DNA of 64,000 nt from assembly GCA_964567855.1 (NCBI GenBank), contig CAZMOE010000003.1:64622-128621 (forward strand). The letters run 5' to 3'. Origin of the DNA: an uncultured Prevotellaceae bacterium. GTDB lineage: Bacteria; Bacteroidota; Bacteroidia; Bacteroidales; UBA3663. A program made the translations under genes and the position numbers. This document shows positions 47,625-60,000 of this stretch, in pieces. How positions within the stretch are numbered: position 1 is the stretch's first letter; the number at the start of each line of letters is the position of its first letter. Under the pieces are notes generated by a model. That model ran no database searches, was not told the origin of the DNA, and worked only from the letters and a program-made list of their open reading frames with translations.

Positions 47625-48941
47625 TCAGCCCACAGTAATCAGATAATAGTTCTTCTTGCCTTTCTGCACGACAACGTATTTGCCCTGGATCAGATCATCG
47701 CGGGTAATCGGCTGATCGAATGCGGCAAGTTTCGTTTTGTTGACACTTACGCCGCCACCCTGCACGAGTTTGCGCATCTCTCCTTTAGAGGCAAAGATCG
47801 GCGCCACGCCTTCACTGGCCGGCACGCACTCGGTGCAAAGATCGACCGCTTTTATTCCCTCGGCAAAAGCCCCGGCAGAAACAGAATAGGCCGGCACGGC
47901 TTCAAACACCTGCAAAAGAGTCTCTTCGTCCAAAGCGCGGAGGGCGGAAGCATCGGCATTGCCGAAAAGAACGTTGGAGGCGGCAACGGCCTGCTCATAG
48001 TCGGCCTCGCTGTGCACCATGACGGTGAGTTCCTTTGCCAGACGCTTCTGCAACGGACGCAAGTGAGGGGCAGCAGCCTGCTCGGCCTCTATAGCCTCGA
48101 TTTCCTCGCGGGTCAACGAGGTGAAGATGCGGATATAGCGGGCGGCGTCATCGTCACTGACATTGAGCCAGAACTGATAGAACTTGTAGGGAGAGGTATA
48201 ACGACGGTCCAGCCAGACATTGCCTGACTCGGTCTTGCCGAACTTCTTGCCGTCGGCCTTCGTAATGAGCGGGCAGGTAATGGCAAAAGCCTCGGCTCCG
48301 GTTACCTTGCGGATCATTTCACAACCCGTGGTAATGTTGCCCCACTGATCGGCACCGCCCAACTGTAGCTTGCAGTTCTTTTCACTATTCAGATGCAGGA
48401 AATCATATCCCTGCAAAAGTTGATAGGAAAATTCGGTAAACGACATGCCGTCGGCTCCATTGTCACCCGTCAGACGACGCTTCACGGAGTCTTTGCTCAT
48501 CATATAGTTGACCGTAATGAGTTTGCCGACATTGCGGATGAAGTCCAAGAAGGAAAAATTCTTCATCCAGTCATAATTGTTAACCAGTTCGGCGGCATTC
48601 GGAGCGTCGCTGTCGAAATCAAGGAACTTGGAGAGCTGGCGGCGGATGCATTCCTGATTATGACGAAGGCGTTCCTCGTCGATCAGAACACGTTCCTTGG
48701 ATTTTCCCGAAGGATCACCGATCATACCCGTAGCACCACCGATCAGAGCGATCGGCTTATGTCCCGCCCGCTGGAAATGGCGGAGCATCATCACCCCCAC
48801 CAGGTGTCCGATATGAAGAGAATCGGCTGTCGGGTCGATGCCCAGATAAGCCGCTGTCATTTCTTTCTGCAACTGTTCTTCTGTACCCGGCATCATATCC
48901 TGAATCATGCCGCGCCATTTAAGTTCTTGTACGAAATTCAT
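47625..48941 (-). CDS. tyrS: Tyrosine--tRNA ligase
   Basis: 438 aa. HIGH motif (SLHIGHL), KMSKS-type KFGKT, and a C-terminal S4-like domain. Confidence 0.95.
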   Translation of the reverse strand: MNFVQELKWRGMIQDMMPGTEEQLQKEMTAAYLGIDPTADSLHIGHLVGVMMLRHFQRAGHKPIALIGGATGMIGDPSGKSKERVLIDEERLRHNQECIRRQLSKFLDFDSDAPNAAELVNNYDWMKNFSFLDFIRNVGKLITVNYMMSKDSVKRRLTGDNGADGMSFTEFSYQLLQGYDFLHLNSEKNCKLQLGGADQWGNITTGCEMIRKVTGAEAFAITCPLITKADGKKFGKTESGNVWLDRRYTSPYKFYQFWLNVSDDDAARYIRIFTSLTREEIEAIEAEQAAAPHLRPLQKRLAKELTVMVHSEADYEQAVAASNVLFGNADASALRALDEETLLQVFEAVPAYSVSAGAFAEGIKAVDLCTECVPASEGVAPIFASKGEMRKLVQGGGVSVNKTKLAAFDQPITRDDLIQGKYVVVQKGKKNYYLITVG

Positions 48942-48986
48942 CGAATGAGATAGCGTTTTAAGAATGAATTGTTATTGATTTTCCGG

Positions 48987-49018
48987 CAAATTTAAACATT
49001 ATTATCCAATCGGCCAAA
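48987..49018 (-). promoter_or_regulatory. Bacteroidota sigma-A type promoter for tyrS
   Basis: On the minus strand: TTTG (49018-49015), a 20-nt spacer, then TAAATTTG (48994-48987). Confidence 0.6.
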
Positions 49019-49425
49019 ATCAAAGTGTGTAATTTTGACCGTACGGCATATTCTCCGTTTCCGACACGGTACCAAGGGAAAACAAATGTATGACAAGGAG
49101 ACACAATTCCGGCCGAACCCCCACCTCCATCATCATCGCCCGCTGCGACATTCCCGAAAGCGGCAAACATAAACAAGGCTGCTCCCGCGGCTTTGCAGGA
49201 GGCGACAGACAGAAGGTCACCACCACCCCCGGGGATTCATGAAACGACACCCTCAATATAAAACTCCTTTCACCCGCGGCCGCATGAATTCCTGACAACA
49301 ACCATGGCCTTTCCCTCCGGACAGCGATCCGTTCCGAGGCCATATCCGAAGCTTCCGCGTATCAGGAAAGAACCGGTATCGCACTTGTTGCCTCCTGCGG
49401 CTCCGCAGACAGAAGAAAACAGGAT

Positions 49426-49459
49426 AAAAAAATCGCTGTCCGGAAATTTCCGGACAGCG
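49426..49459 (-). terminator. Intrinsic terminator of the glgA-glgP operon
   Basis: A perfect 13-bp palindrome CGCTGTCCGGAAA/TTTCCGGACAGCG (49434-49459). On the minus strand it is followed by 7 T (49432-49426). It lies 27 nt after the glgP stop. Confidence 0.85.
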
Positions 49460-49485
49460 AATACATACATGTGAACCGCATAGTT

Positions 49486-52035
49486 TTAGAACCACTTCGT
49501 ATAAGCGAAGTCCATACGATGCGGCAGCAAATCGTTCTTGGGGAAGAGGCGGAAACCATACTTGAACGCACCGCTCTTCTTGATCTTAAGATCCAATTCG
49601 AAAGTCACGACGGTGCCTTCCTTCTTGACAGCCTTCATCTCATGAGCGGTGTACTCGTGAGTCTGACCATCGGAAGCGGCAGAAAGGACAAAGTCCAGGC
49701 CGAGACTGTCGGCAATATCCTTTCCGTCAACAGAAACACTGAGGTGATAAACATCTCCGACCTCCGGAGTGTTGTTCATCTCGTCGCTGACATTGATATC
49801 TTTCACTTCGACAGTATCCCAGGCAGATGCCACGGTTTCTTTCCAGGCGGCAATCTCTTTTGCCTTGGCGTAATTGTCTGCCATCAAAAGGGCGGCACGC
49901 TTTGCTTCTTTCTGATAGAAACGATCATAATAATCGTCAAGCTGGCGCTTCATGGTGAAGTGAGGAGTGATCTTGGCAAGGCAATTTTTGATATACATTA
50001 CCCATTCCGGAGAATAGCCGCGGCTGTTCTTGGCAAAATAGAGAGGAATGATCTCCGTTTCCAGCATCGTGTAAATGGTTTCAGCATCCAACTGATCCTG
50101 GCTGGCCTGATTCTGGAACGTGCGCTTGTCAGTCAGTGCCCAGCCGGCCTGCGGCTTGAAGCCTTCATACCACCATCCATCGAGGACGGAGAGATTAAGC
50201 GTACCGTTCATGATAGCCTTTTCGCCGGAAGTACCACTGGCTTCCAACGGACGGGTAGGAGTATTCATCCAGATATCCACACCGCTGACGAGACGCTTGG
50301 CCACATCCATATCGTAGTTCTCCACGAAAATGATCTTACCCATAAACTGGGGCATACGGCTGATCTCCACGATGCGGCGGATCAGGCCCTGGCCGCCACC
50401 GTCTGCCGGGTGAGCCTTACCTGCAAAAATAAACTGTACAGGGCAACTCGGATTATTGACGATCTTATCAAGACGCTCCAAGTCGGTGAAAAGAAGGTGC
50501 GCACGCTTGTAAGTGGCGAAACGACGGGCAAAACCGATCACGAGCGCATTGGGATTGAGACCGTTGAGCGTCTGGAGAATCTTGGCAGGATTTTCCTGCT
50601 TCTGGCTCATCTTGATCTTCACTTCATCTTTGATAAACTGGAAGAGTTTAGCTTTCAATTCCTTGCGGATGTTCCAGATCGTTTCGTCATCAGCCTCATA
50701 GATGGATTTCCACATCTCTTCTTCGGTCTGCTTCTTAGTAAAGTTCTCACCGAAAAGATCGGCATAGAATGCTTTCCATTCCGATGCGGCCCATGAAGGC
50801 AAGTGAACACCGTTGGTGACATAACCCACATGAAGTTCTTCAGGAGCATATCCCTTCCAGACGGGCTGGAACATGTTGCGGGAAACTTTACCGTGCAACC
50901 AGCTCACGCCATTGGCCTCCTGACAGGTATTCAAAGCGAAGACAGACATCGAGAAACGGCCTTCGCCCGGAGTCTCACGGCCCAAGTTCATCAAATCATA
51001 CCAGTCGATACCCAGTTTTGCAGGGAAATGACTCATATATTTATAGAAGAGACCTTCTTCAAAATAGTCATGTCCGGCCGGCACAGGAGTGTGGCAAGTG
51101 TAAAGAGAAGAGGCACGCACCACTTCCAGGGCCTGAGCATAGGTAAGACCTTCTTCCACATAATCGCAAAGACGCTGAACTCCGATAAGAGCGGCGTGAC
51201 CTTCGTTGCAGTGGTAAACATCTTTCTTGATGCCGAGCTTGTTCAGCATGAGGATACCGCCGATACCCAGCATATATTCCTGCTTCATACGGTTCTCCCA
51301 GTCACCGCCATAAAGCTGATAAGTGATAGAACGATCGAATTCGGAGTTTTTCTCCATATCGCAGTCCATCAGATAGAGATTGATACGGCCTACATTGACT
51401 TTCCAGATGTTGGCATAAATGATGCGATCATGGAAAGGCACCTCCAAAATCATTGCGGAACCATCTTCATTCTTCACCTGTTCGATAGGAAGCTGTGAAA
51501 AATTCTGGGCCTCATAATTAGCCTCCTGGTTACCGTCTACAGAAAGTGTCTGGGTGAAATAGCCGTAACGATAAAGGAATCCGACAGCACAGAGATCCAC
51601 GTTAGAGTCGCTGGCCTCTTTCAAATAGTCACCGGCAAGAATACCCAAACCACCGGAATAGATCTTCAGACAGGCTGTGAGACCATACTCCATAGAGAAA
51701 TAGGCTACCGAAGCACGCGAAGCGTCTTTCGGTTCGGCCATATAGGCTTCAAACTCCGAGCAGACCTTGTTGACTTTGGCCATGATCTCCTTGTTGGCGG
51801 CAATTTCCTCCAGTTTATCATAGGAAAGAGTCTCCAGCAATGCAACCGGGTTGTGCCCGCAGGCACGCCACTGGTCGAGATCAATCTCACGGAAGAGATT
51901 ACGAGCATCCGTGTCCCAGGCCCACCACAGGTTGCGGGCTACTTTATGCAATCCCTCGAGAGATGCAGGCAAGTTGGACTTCACCGTAATGTCACGCCAG
52001 CAAGGGGCGTTCGTATTACTTACTTGAACTTTCAT
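49486..52035 (-). CDS. glgP: Alpha-glucan (glycogen/maltodextrin) phosphorylase family protein, GT35
   Basis: 849 aa. Blocks typical of the alpha-glucan phosphorylase family are present (GGLGILAGDYLKEASD, FARRFATYKR, EASGTSGEKA). It sits directly downstream of glycogen synthase. Confidence 0.9.
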   Translation of the reverse strand: MKVQVSNTNAPCWRDITVKSNLPASLEGLHKVARNLWWAWDTDARNLFREIDLDQWRACGHNPVALLETLSYDKLEEIAANKEIMAKVNKVCSEFEAYMAEPKDASRASVAYFSMEYGLTACLKIYSGGLGILAGDYLKEASDSNVDLCAVGFLYRYGYFTQTLSVDGNQEANYEAQNFSQLPIEQVKNEDGSAMILEVPFHDRIIYANIWKVNVGRINLYLMDCDMEKNSEFDRSITYQLYGGDWENRMKQEYMLGIGGILMLNKLGIKKDVYHCNEGHAALIGVQRLCDYVEEGLTYAQALEVVRASSLYTCHTPVPAGHDYFEEGLFYKYMSHFPAKLGIDWYDLMNLGRETPGEGRFSMSVFALNTCQEANGVSWLHGKVSRNMFQPVWKGYAPEELHVGYVTNGVHLPSWAASEWKAFYADLFGENFTKKQTEEEMWKSIYEADDETIWNIRKELKAKLFQFIKDEVKIKMSQKQENPAKILQTLNGLNPNALVIGFARRFATYKRAHLLFTDLERLDKIVNNPSCPVQFIFAGKAHPADGGGQGLIRRIVEISRMPQFMGKIIFVENYDMDVAKRLVSGVDIWMNTPTRPLEASGTSGEKAIMNGTLNLSVLDGWWYEGFKPQAGWALTDKRTFQNQASQDQLDAETIYTMLETEIIPLYFAKNSRGYSPEWVMYIKNCLAKITPHFTMKRQLDDYYDRFYQKEAKRAALLMADNYAKAKEIAAWKETVASAWDTVEVKDINVSDEMNNTPEVGDVYHLSVSVDGKDIADSLGLDFVLSAASDGQTHEYTAHEMKAVKKEGTVVTFELDLKIKKSGAFKYGFRLFPKNDLLPHRMDFAYTKWF

Positions 52036-52067
52036 AATTATAAAAATTTGAATGTTTTATGAATGAG

Positions 52068-53726
52068 TTATTTCATTTTGACACGTGCCGCCGCTGCCTT
52101 CAGGGCAAAATCGAAAGCACTATTGTAATATTTGATAAAGTTGCGCCATTCGGCCTTTGCGGCAATCTTCCGCGCCTCTTGGCGGATGATCTTCACCTCC
52201 GGTACCGGCAGTTCCGCCAGACGGACAATCTGGTCCGCGATGTGCGCCACAACTTCATTATAATTGGAATCATTGCGAATCACCACTCCGACCCCGCCGA
52301 ATATATCCGTATCCTTACCTATGGAAAGACACCACTTGCCGAAACCGGATAGGCAGGTCGTAATCGTAGGCACACCGAAGGCACAGCTTTCAAGCGGCGT
52401 GTATCCCCATGGTTCATAATAGGAGGGAAATACCGTCACATCCATGGCAGAAAGCAATTGATAGTAATGGAGATTCAGGATACCGTCATTGCCCTTTAGA
52501 TAAGAAGGCACATAAATGATCTTCACCTGATCACAATCGCGGTTCTGGAAACCGAGTTGATGAATGCGGCTAAGAATGGCATCTTCATAGTAATTGTAAA
52601 GCGCATGGGTAAAAACCGGGTCCCCCAACGGTTCCGCGAAACGTCCGTTGCTTTCCATACGCTCTTTAAGATCGGCACGGGGTTCCTGAACCCAGCCAGG
52701 CACCATAACAAAAGCGACCACCTGCCGGCCTATATGCTGCCCGCGAAGGCGGTCGATGACATCCAGAAAGACGTCAATACCTTTATTTTTATATTCGCTG
52801 CGACCAGCTGTGCCGATGAAAAGGGCATCATCGTTCACAGAACATCCGGTCAATCCTTCGACAAGCCGTACCAGCATGGCACGGGCATCTTTGCGGATCC
52901 GGGAAAAGGCCACGCCCTTGGGAACGAATCCGCTTTCAAAACCATTGGGTGTCACCAACGGAATGCGTCCCAGAAGTTGTCGGCATTCGGCGGCTGTGAT
53001 ATCACTGACCGTCGTGAAACAATCGGACTGCAGCGCCGCGATCTTTTCTACCGAATGCTTGCTCGTCATATTGAGCTCATCGGCCATCTGATCGCCAAAA
53101 TAGCCATGCAGATAGTCATACAAAGGCTTGTTGTTGCCGGCGATACTACGGCCTACACAGGTGGCATGAGCCGTAAAAATCGTTGCCACAGCCGGAAGCT
53201 GATGTTTCAGATACAAAACGCCCATTCCGGTCGTCCATTCATTGAAATGTGCAATGACATGACTGCGCTGCGGACAAACGTGCCTGAAAAGACTTTCAAT
53301 GACCAATGCCGAAGCGTACGCGAACATACAAGCTTCATCATAATCGCCGTAGGCCGCAATGGAATTAACGCCATACCACTCCCACATCTGGGCATAAACA
53401 GAATTTCTGACACTGTAGAAAGGACGGAAATCCACTAAAATAACCTGCGGAGAACCCGGCACCTTCCATCTGCCGGCACGGACTTTCAGGCCTTCGGCTG
53501 TAGCACGCTGGACCCAATCTCCCAACGTCGTGGGAGCCGTAGCATCAAAAAAAGGAGATTCTTCTTCATTCCACACATCCGGTCCGATAAAACACAAGCC
53601 ATCTCCGAATTGGCTTTGAAGCGTCGCAGCCTTCGTTGAAAGCACCGCATAAATACCGCCGACAAGGTTACACACCTCCCAACTGACCTCAAATAAATAA
53701 TCAGGCTTAATTAAAGTCTCTTTCAT
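52068..53726 (-). CDS. glgA: Glycogen synthase, eukaryote-like GT3 type
   Basis: 552 aa. The N-terminus DYLFEVSWEVCNLVGGIYAVLSTKA closely resembles the eukaryotic glycogen synthase motif FEVAWEVANKVGGIYTV. Paired with a phosphorylase gene. Confidence 0.85.
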   Translation of the reverse strand: MKETLIKPDYLFEVSWEVCNLVGGIYAVLSTKAATLQSQFGDGLCFIGPDVWNEEESPFFDATAPTTLGDWVQRATAEGLKVRAGRWKVPGSPQVILVDFRPFYSVRNSVYAQMWEWYGVNSIAAYGDYDEACMFAYASALVIESLFRHVCPQRSHVIAHFNEWTTGMGVLYLKHQLPAVATIFTAHATCVGRSIAGNNKPLYDYLHGYFGDQMADELNMTSKHSVEKIAALQSDCFTTVSDITAAECRQLLGRIPLVTPNGFESGFVPKGVAFSRIRKDARAMLVRLVEGLTGCSVNDDALFIGTAGRSEYKNKGIDVFLDVIDRLRGQHIGRQVVAFVMVPGWVQEPRADLKERMESNGRFAEPLGDPVFTHALYNYYEDAILSRIHQLGFQNRDCDQVKIIYVPSYLKGNDGILNLHYYQLLSAMDVTVFPSYYEPWGYTPLESCAFGVPTITTCLSGFGKWCLSIGKDTDIFGGVGVVIRNDSNYNEVVAHIADQIVRLAELPVPEVKIIRQEARKIAAKAEWRNFIKYYNSAFDFALKAAAARVKMK

Positions 53727-53834
53727 TACCAGTTTTCAATCTTGTCTCTTTGAAATTCAACATTTCCGTTCTTGCCGCCGGCCGGGAAAGGCCCGTTTTC
53801 AACTCCGGCAGAACCCGAAACATTAAGTCGGGCG

Positions 53835-53842
53835 CAAATTTA
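53835..53842 (-). promoter_or_regulatory. Candidate -7 box for glgA
   Basis: The minus strand reads TAAATTTG about 100 nt upstream of the glgA ATG. The nearest TTTG is only 12 nt upstream, which is non-canonical. Confidence 0.35.
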
Positions 53843-53863
53843 GCACTTTTCGGTCAAACAACC

Positions 53864-53896
53864 GGCCTCTGAAAGAGGAAATTCTTCTCAGAGGCC
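53864..53896 (-). terminator. Hairpin downstream of uvrA (probable terminator)
   Basis: GGCCTCTGA (53864-53872) pairs with TCAGAGGCC (53888-53896). On the minus strand it is followed by GGTTGTTTG. Confidence 0.45.
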
Positions 53897-54072
53897 GATT
53901 TATGAACATATTTTATAATATCAGCGTACGCATTTAATACATTTTTGTAAAAATAAGACTCTTTCGCATTGTCATAGTTTCTTCATTAACGTTTATAACG
54001 AATAATCATGGCATGATAGCCCAGCCATTAACGAACGGAAAGAGCGGACATTCAAAAGCAAGCCGTTATTGT

Positions 54073-56832
54073 TCACGATAATTTAGGGCGCAAATAATGT
54101 CCGGTATGCGATTCTTTGCAGGCAGCGACCTCTCCGGGCGTCCCCTGAATCACAAGATTGCCGCCGGCTTCTCCCCCTTCGGGACCCAGGTCCACAATAT
54201 GGTCGGCACACTTGATAACATCCAGATTATGCTCGACAATGACAAGGGTATGTCCCTTTTCCAACAGAGAATTAAACGCCTCCAGCAGGATACGGACGTC
54301 ATGAAGATGAAGTCCGGTTGTAGGCTCGTCGAAAATAAAGAGCGTATGCGGTATATCGTCAGAACTCAAATAATAGGCCAGTTTGACACGCTGATTCTCG
54401 CCTCCGGACAATGTGGACGATGGTTGCCCGAGCTTGATATATCCGAGGCCCACCCGCTGAAGCGGTAACAGACGGTGAATGATCTTCGGCTCATCGGCAA
54501 AAAACTCTATCGCCTCATCGACCGAGAGATCCAGTACGTCGGCAATACTCTTTCCATGATAAAGGACCTCCAGCACATCACTGTTGAAACGTTTTCCATG
54601 GCAGGCCTCACATTCCATGACAAGGTCGGCCATAAACTGCATCTCGACCGTGATAGTCCCCTCGCCCTTACACTCCTCACAGCGTCCCCCCTCGACATTA
54701 AACGAAAACGTAGCGGCCGTGAAACCCAGCTGACGTGCAAGCTGCTGCTCGGCGAACAACTTCCGGATCTCATCATAGGCCTTCATATAAGTGGCGGCAT
54801 TGCTACGCGACGATTTACCGATAGGATTCTGATCCACGAACTCGATTGCACGGACACGGTGCACGTCGCCACCGAAACCGCTGAACGCCCCAGGAGCATC
54901 TCCCGGCTCGCCAAGCTGCCGCAACAGCCCCTTGTAGAAAATATCCCGCACCAGCGTCGATTTTCCCGATCCACTGACACCGGTTACTACCGTCATCACT
55001 CCCAGAGGGAACTTCACGCTGATATTTTTCAGATTATTCTGCACGGCACCCAGCACCTCTATATAACTTGCCCATGGCCGCGGCCGCACGGGCACTGCAA
55101 TCTGCTCTTCGCCGGTTAAAAAACGGACGGTATAACTATTTTGATTATCGGCATCCGTCAATTGTTCCTGGCCGCCCTGAAAAACGACCTCTCCGCCGAA
55201 ACGCCCGGCGGCGGGACCGACATCGATCAAGTAATCGGCCGCCCGGATAATTTCTTCATCATGTTCAACGACAACAACGGTATTTCCCAGATCGCGGAGA
55301 CGACGCAATACACGGATCAGGCAATCCGTGTCACGCGGGTGAAGACCGATACTTGGCTCATCGAGGATATACATAGAGCCGACAAGCGCACTACCCAGCG
55401 AAGTGGCCAAATTGATACGCTGACTCTCGCCTCCGGAAAGGCTGTTGCTGAGCCGGTCCAAAGTGAGATACTCAAGTCCGACGTCACGAAGGAACCCAAG
55501 GCGGCTGTTGATCTCGGTAAGCAGGCGTTTGGCGACCTGGGCATCATGTTCGTCGAGTTTCAGATCATGAAACCACGGAATCAGTTCCGATACTGGCATT
55601 CTGACCAGCTCCGAGATACTTCGCCCGCCGATTTTGACATATTCCACTTCCGGTTTCAGGCGGGAACCATGGCAGGTGGGGCAAACCGTCTTCCCCCGAT
55701 AACGCGCCTGCATGACGCGATACTGGATTTTATAAAGATTCTCCGAAACCATCCGGAAGAAAGCGTCGATACCGTCAAAGGCAGAACATCCGTGCCACAG
55801 CATCTCCTTTTCTTTCTGCGTAAGCTGGTAATAAGGCCGGTGTATAGGGAATTCAACCTGCGAGGCGTGAGCAATCAGCTCATTTTTCCACTCAGACATC
55901 TTCTCGCCCCTCCAGCAGGCGACGCAATCTTCATAAACGGACAACGCTTTGTTGGGAATCACAAGATCTTCATCAATGCCCAGCACCTTGCCGAACCCTT
56001 CACACGTCGGGCAAGCGCCGGCAGGACTGTTGAAATTGAACATCATATCCGACGGCTCCTCAAACGTCTGACCGTCGGCTTCGAAACGTTTGCTGAAACT
56101 CATCTCACGCACCTCACCGTCGGGCAGCCAAACCTTCATGAGACAACTGCCGTCGCCTTCATAAAAAGTTGTCTCCACGGAATCGGCAAAACGAGTCATC
56201 GAAGCCTCATCGGCCAGCGGAAGCACCATGCGGTCTATCACTAAATGGAAAGGCGCACTGTCGACCTCCTCGAGACGGATAAAACGGCCGTTCGCTTCGG
56301 CACGGGCAAAGCCGGACTTGTTCAAGATATCTAGATGCTCTTTCAGCGAACGCCCCTCGGGCAACGTCACTTTCACCAGCAGAGCGATGCGGGTACCATC
56401 CGGCAACGAACGGGCGCCGGCAATGACATCATCGGTAGTATGTTTCTTGACCAATGCCCCGCTGACAGGAGAAAAAGTCTTGCCGATACGTGCAAAGAGA
56501 AGACGCAGATAATCGTAAATCTCGGTCGATGTACCGACGGTGGAACGAGGATTGCGGACAATGACTTTCTGCTGAATGGCGACCGCAGGCGGAATGCCGA
56601 GAATGAAATCGCACTCCGGTTTTCCCATGCGTCCCAAAAACTGACGGGCATAGGCCGACAATGATTCCACATACCGCCGCTGCCCTTCCGCATACAGCGT
56701 GTCGAAAGCTAATGACGACTTACCGGATCCCGAAAGACCGGTAATGACAACCAGTTTGTCGCGTGGAATCTCAACATCGATATTCTTAAGATTGTTAACC
56801 CGCGCACCTTTGATATAAATTGCGTTATCCAC
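54073..56832 (-). CDS. uvrA: Excinuclease ABC subunit A
   Basis: 919 aa. The N-terminus [60 protein letters not shown] is near-canonical UvrA. Two ABC modules, with a second Walker [10 protein letters not shown], plus zinc-finger Cys pairs. Confidence 0.95.
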   Translation of the reverse strand: MDNAIYIKGARVNNLKNIDVEIPRDKLVVITGLSGSGKSSLAFDTLYAEGQRRYVESLSAYARQFLGRMGKPECDFILGIPPAVAIQQKVIVRNPRSTVGTSTEIYDYLRLLFARIGKTFSPVSGALVKKHTTDDVIAGARSLPDGTRIALLVKVTLPEGRSLKEHLDILNKSGFARAEANGRFIRLEEVDSAPFHLVIDRMVLPLADEASMTRFADSVETTFYEGDGSCLMKVWLPDGEVREMSFSKRFEADGQTFEEPSDMMFNFNSPAGACPTCEGFGKVLGIDEDLVIPNKALSVYEDCVACWRGEKMSEWKNELIAHASQVEFPIHRPYYQLTQKEKEMLWHGCSAFDGIDAFFRMVSENLYKIQYRVMQARYRGKTVCPTCHGSRLKPEVEYVKIGGRSISELVRMPVSELIPWFHDLKLDEHDAQVAKRLLTEINSRLGFLRDVGLEYLTLDRLSNSLSGGESQRINLATSLGSALVGSMYILDEPSIGLHPRDTDCLIRVLRRLRDLGNTVVVVEHDEEIIRAADYLIDVGPAAGRFGGEVVFQGGQEQLTDADNQNSYTVRFLTGEEQIAVPVRPRPWASYIEVLGAVQNNLKNISVKFPLGVMTVVTGVSGSGKSTLVRDIFYKGLLRQLGEPGDAPGAFSGFGGDVHRVRAIEFVDQNPIGKSSRSNAATYMKAYDEIRKLFAEQQLARQLGFTAATFSFNVEGGRCEECKGEGTITVEMQFMADLVMECEACHGKRFNSDVLEVLYHGKSIADVLDLSVDEAIEFFADEPKIIHRLLPLQRVGLGYIKLGQPSSTLSGGENQRVKLAYYLSSDDIPHTLFIFDEPTTGLHLHDVRILLEAFNSLLEKGHTLVIVEHNLDVIKCADHIVDLGPEGGEAGGNLVIQGTPGEVAACKESHTGHYLRPKLS

Positions 56833-57035
56833 AATGAACGTTGTTTATAAGTTATCCGCCCCCTAACACAGACGGCCTTCACCTCCGATGCGCCAAGGGG
56901 CTCGCAAAGGTACGAAATTTATCGACACGCCCCCGCATCCCGCTCCAAATTCGACACCGGCAACATTATTATTTCACGTCAGCCCGCCAAGAACCATTCT
57001 TGCGGAAACGGCCGGAACGAAACAGGATATACCCT

Positions 57036-60000
57036 CTACCGTTTCTTCAAAAACATCGGCAAAAGCAGGAAAATACCCGTGAGGGAGGCAATCAGTCCAC
57101 CGATAGTCCCGGCCGCCAGCGGGAACCAGAATCCCTCACGCTCGCCGCCCGTTAAAAACGGGATAAAACCCAGAACCGTCGAAACGACAGTCAATAAAAT
57201 AGGAATGATCTTATGGTTCCAGGCTTTCAGGTAAACCCGCTCCCACGAAAGAGTGGGGAACCGGCGGCGAAGTTCGCAATATTCTTTCAATAAATAGATG
57301 CTCGCATTGACCGTGATGCCGCAAAGCAGAATGAAAGAGGCATATCCCCCGTTATCGAAATTCAACTCAAAACCGTAGAAGGTCAGAAACACACCCACAA
57401 AGGCCGGCGGAATGACCAGAAGAATCAGAAGCGGTTGCCGGAAAGAGTTGAACAGAATACTTGTAATCAAAAAAATGACGCCGATCACGAACAACAACAA
57501 ACCATACTGGCCTCCGGCGGCACGCCGACCTCCACGATTGGCAATCTCGACGGTATATCCCATCGGCAAATGCTCTTTGAACTCTGCGAGGTCCTCAAGT
57601 AAAACCCGCTCTCCCTGCTGAGCTGCTCCAATATATTCGTACTGCAGGCAGAGTCGGTATTGTTGTCCTTCCTTCACAATCCGCCGGGGCGCCTGCATCT
57701 TCACAAGACCTCCCATATCGGAAATCTTAAACGACCGGCCAGACACTGAGAATGGACGATGCAGCGCTCCCCAGACATCCACCGTCTCAGCCTGTGAGGC
57801 CCGCAAAGAAAGATTCTCATACGAACTGCCCGTCCATATCTGCCCGCACGAAAGATTCCGGCCGAAGGTCGGCGACAAGGTCGAGAGCAGCCCTGCCGGC
57901 GTCAACCCGAGCCGGGCCATGCGCCACTGATCCACCTGCAGATAAAAGTCCTCATAATCATCTTTCCATGTCTGAAAATCGGAATTGATATCCACCTCTT
58001 TTATACGCTTATGCGTCAACAGTTTCTGGCGGAAAGCCTCCGCCAAATAACATAGTTCATCATAATTATAACCAAACATCTGTACCCTATAGGAACCGGA
58101 ACGTTCGCGCACGTCATTATTGAAACCTATATCCTCCAGTCCATATACGCTCCAGCTTCCCCCGCCCAGTTGCAAGGCGTGATGGACCAACTGGCCCTTG
58201 AGGATATAAGGATAACCGTCATACTGATGCTCCGGACGGAAATAGATCCGTATGGAAGCACGCCCCACACCGACAGAAGTTTCAAACAGCCGTATCTCTG
58301 TCTGCCGGCTCAGATAAGCCTCCATTTGCTTCACCAATTCATTCATCTGCTCCAGCGTGCTACCGGTAGGCAATGTTGCCCCGACGGTCAGCACCGGCTC
58401 ATCGGCAGAACTGAAATAACTGCCCAAATAAACCTTCTGAACAAACAGGCGCAGGGTTCCTCCCAGGATAACATCCGTCACCGGACGCACAGATTCCTTA
58501 TAAAAATCCGATCCGAATACCCGGTTATAGAATCCGGCCCATGAAGTGTCATCATCCAGTTTCACCGGCATCAAGAAAACCGGCAAACCGAATATCAACA
58601 GCATCACCAGACAAATGACGACGCGGAAACGACGCAATACCCGAACAATCAGCCAACCGTAGGCACGATTGAACAATACCGTCCAACGACGCGGATTCAG
58701 CCAGCTCGGACGACACCACAGCCGTTGCCTGCGGAGTGGCCGCCGTTTCCCAGGAAATCCCATACCACAGCAATCCATAAACGCAGGGACGAAAAACAAG
58801 GCCACAAACAGCGACAACAGCAGATTGAATATTATCACCACGGCAAAATCAAGCAAATTCAGACGTGTTTTTTCATCTAACATGAAAACGACAGCCAATG
58901 CCCCGATGCTGGTCAGCGTCGCGGCCAGCATCGGCAGGAAAATCGCCCGGCCGCGCTCCCGGCCATAGTGATCGGCCATCATGATCAGGTTGTCGATCAT
59001 CAGGCTCAATGATACCGTAATCCCCGCCAGTGAATAAATCTGAATCTCCAACCCGCAGAAATAATAAAAAATAAAAGCGGTGGCCAGATTAACGGACAAT
59101 CCGCATACAATCAGCCACAGATAACGCAGGCTTCGGGAAACAACCGCAACAAACAGCAGCAGGATCAGCAACGTCAATGCCACACGCTCCCCTATAGTAT
59201 TCAGTTCGCCGACGATCCGTTCCGTCGCATCATAGGAAATATGCGTCTCATACCCCTGCGGCAGATGTGTTCCCATCTCCGCCATCAGCCGTTTCACCTC
59301 CCGCCCCACCTGCAACTGGTTGGCACTCTCATCGGCCGTCACCGACAAATAGACCGCATTCAGCCCATTGATACGATAATACTGCTGCGGTGCGCTCTCC
59401 GCATGCTTCACCCGGAGCAGGGAAGCCAGCGAAATCCAGCGTCCTTGCGCCGTCCGCACATAAATCGCTTCCGGAGAAAAAACAGTCGGGTCACCCTCCG
59501 AAACGACCTGACAGGCATCCAGCGTCGTCCGTCGGTAATAATCGAGGATCGCCTCCTGCAGATCGGCAGGAGTAAGTCCCAGCGCCTGCAATTGCTCACT
59601 GTCATAAAACAACTGCCATTCCATCGGATTTGCACCCGAAATCACTACCCGGCTGACGCCTTTCACCCCGGCCAGTTTCGGCTTGACATGTTCCTCCGCA
59701 TATTGCTGGATTTCCAGAGGCGAAACCAATGCGTTCAACGTATAGGTCAAACAGGGACGGGTCGCATCCTTATCGGAATAACGCACTCCGACCTGCGGAT
59801 AGCTCACCTCCTCCGGCAATTCGTTCCATACCTGCCGGATCAATGTAGCGACTTCAAACCGCGCCATCTGCAAATCGGTATGCCTGTCAAATTCCAATGT
59901 CACCTTTCCCGATCCCTTGGCAGACGAAGAAGAGATTTTGCGACCCCCTTTCACACGTACCAACAATGCCTCCAGCCGGCTGGTCACCTCCGACTCGACC

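Noticed and set aside
47541-48227. 228-aa ORF antisense to tyrS (also 48393-48953)
   Set aside because: Shadow frames of tyrS.
49471-50796. 441-aa ORF antisense to glgP (also 50803-51498)
   Set aside because: Shadow ORFs. The minus-strand frame is an unmistakable alpha-glucan phosphorylase.
55141-56244. 367-aa ORF antisense to uvrA (also 54475-55119)
   Set aside because: Shadow ORFs inside uvrA.
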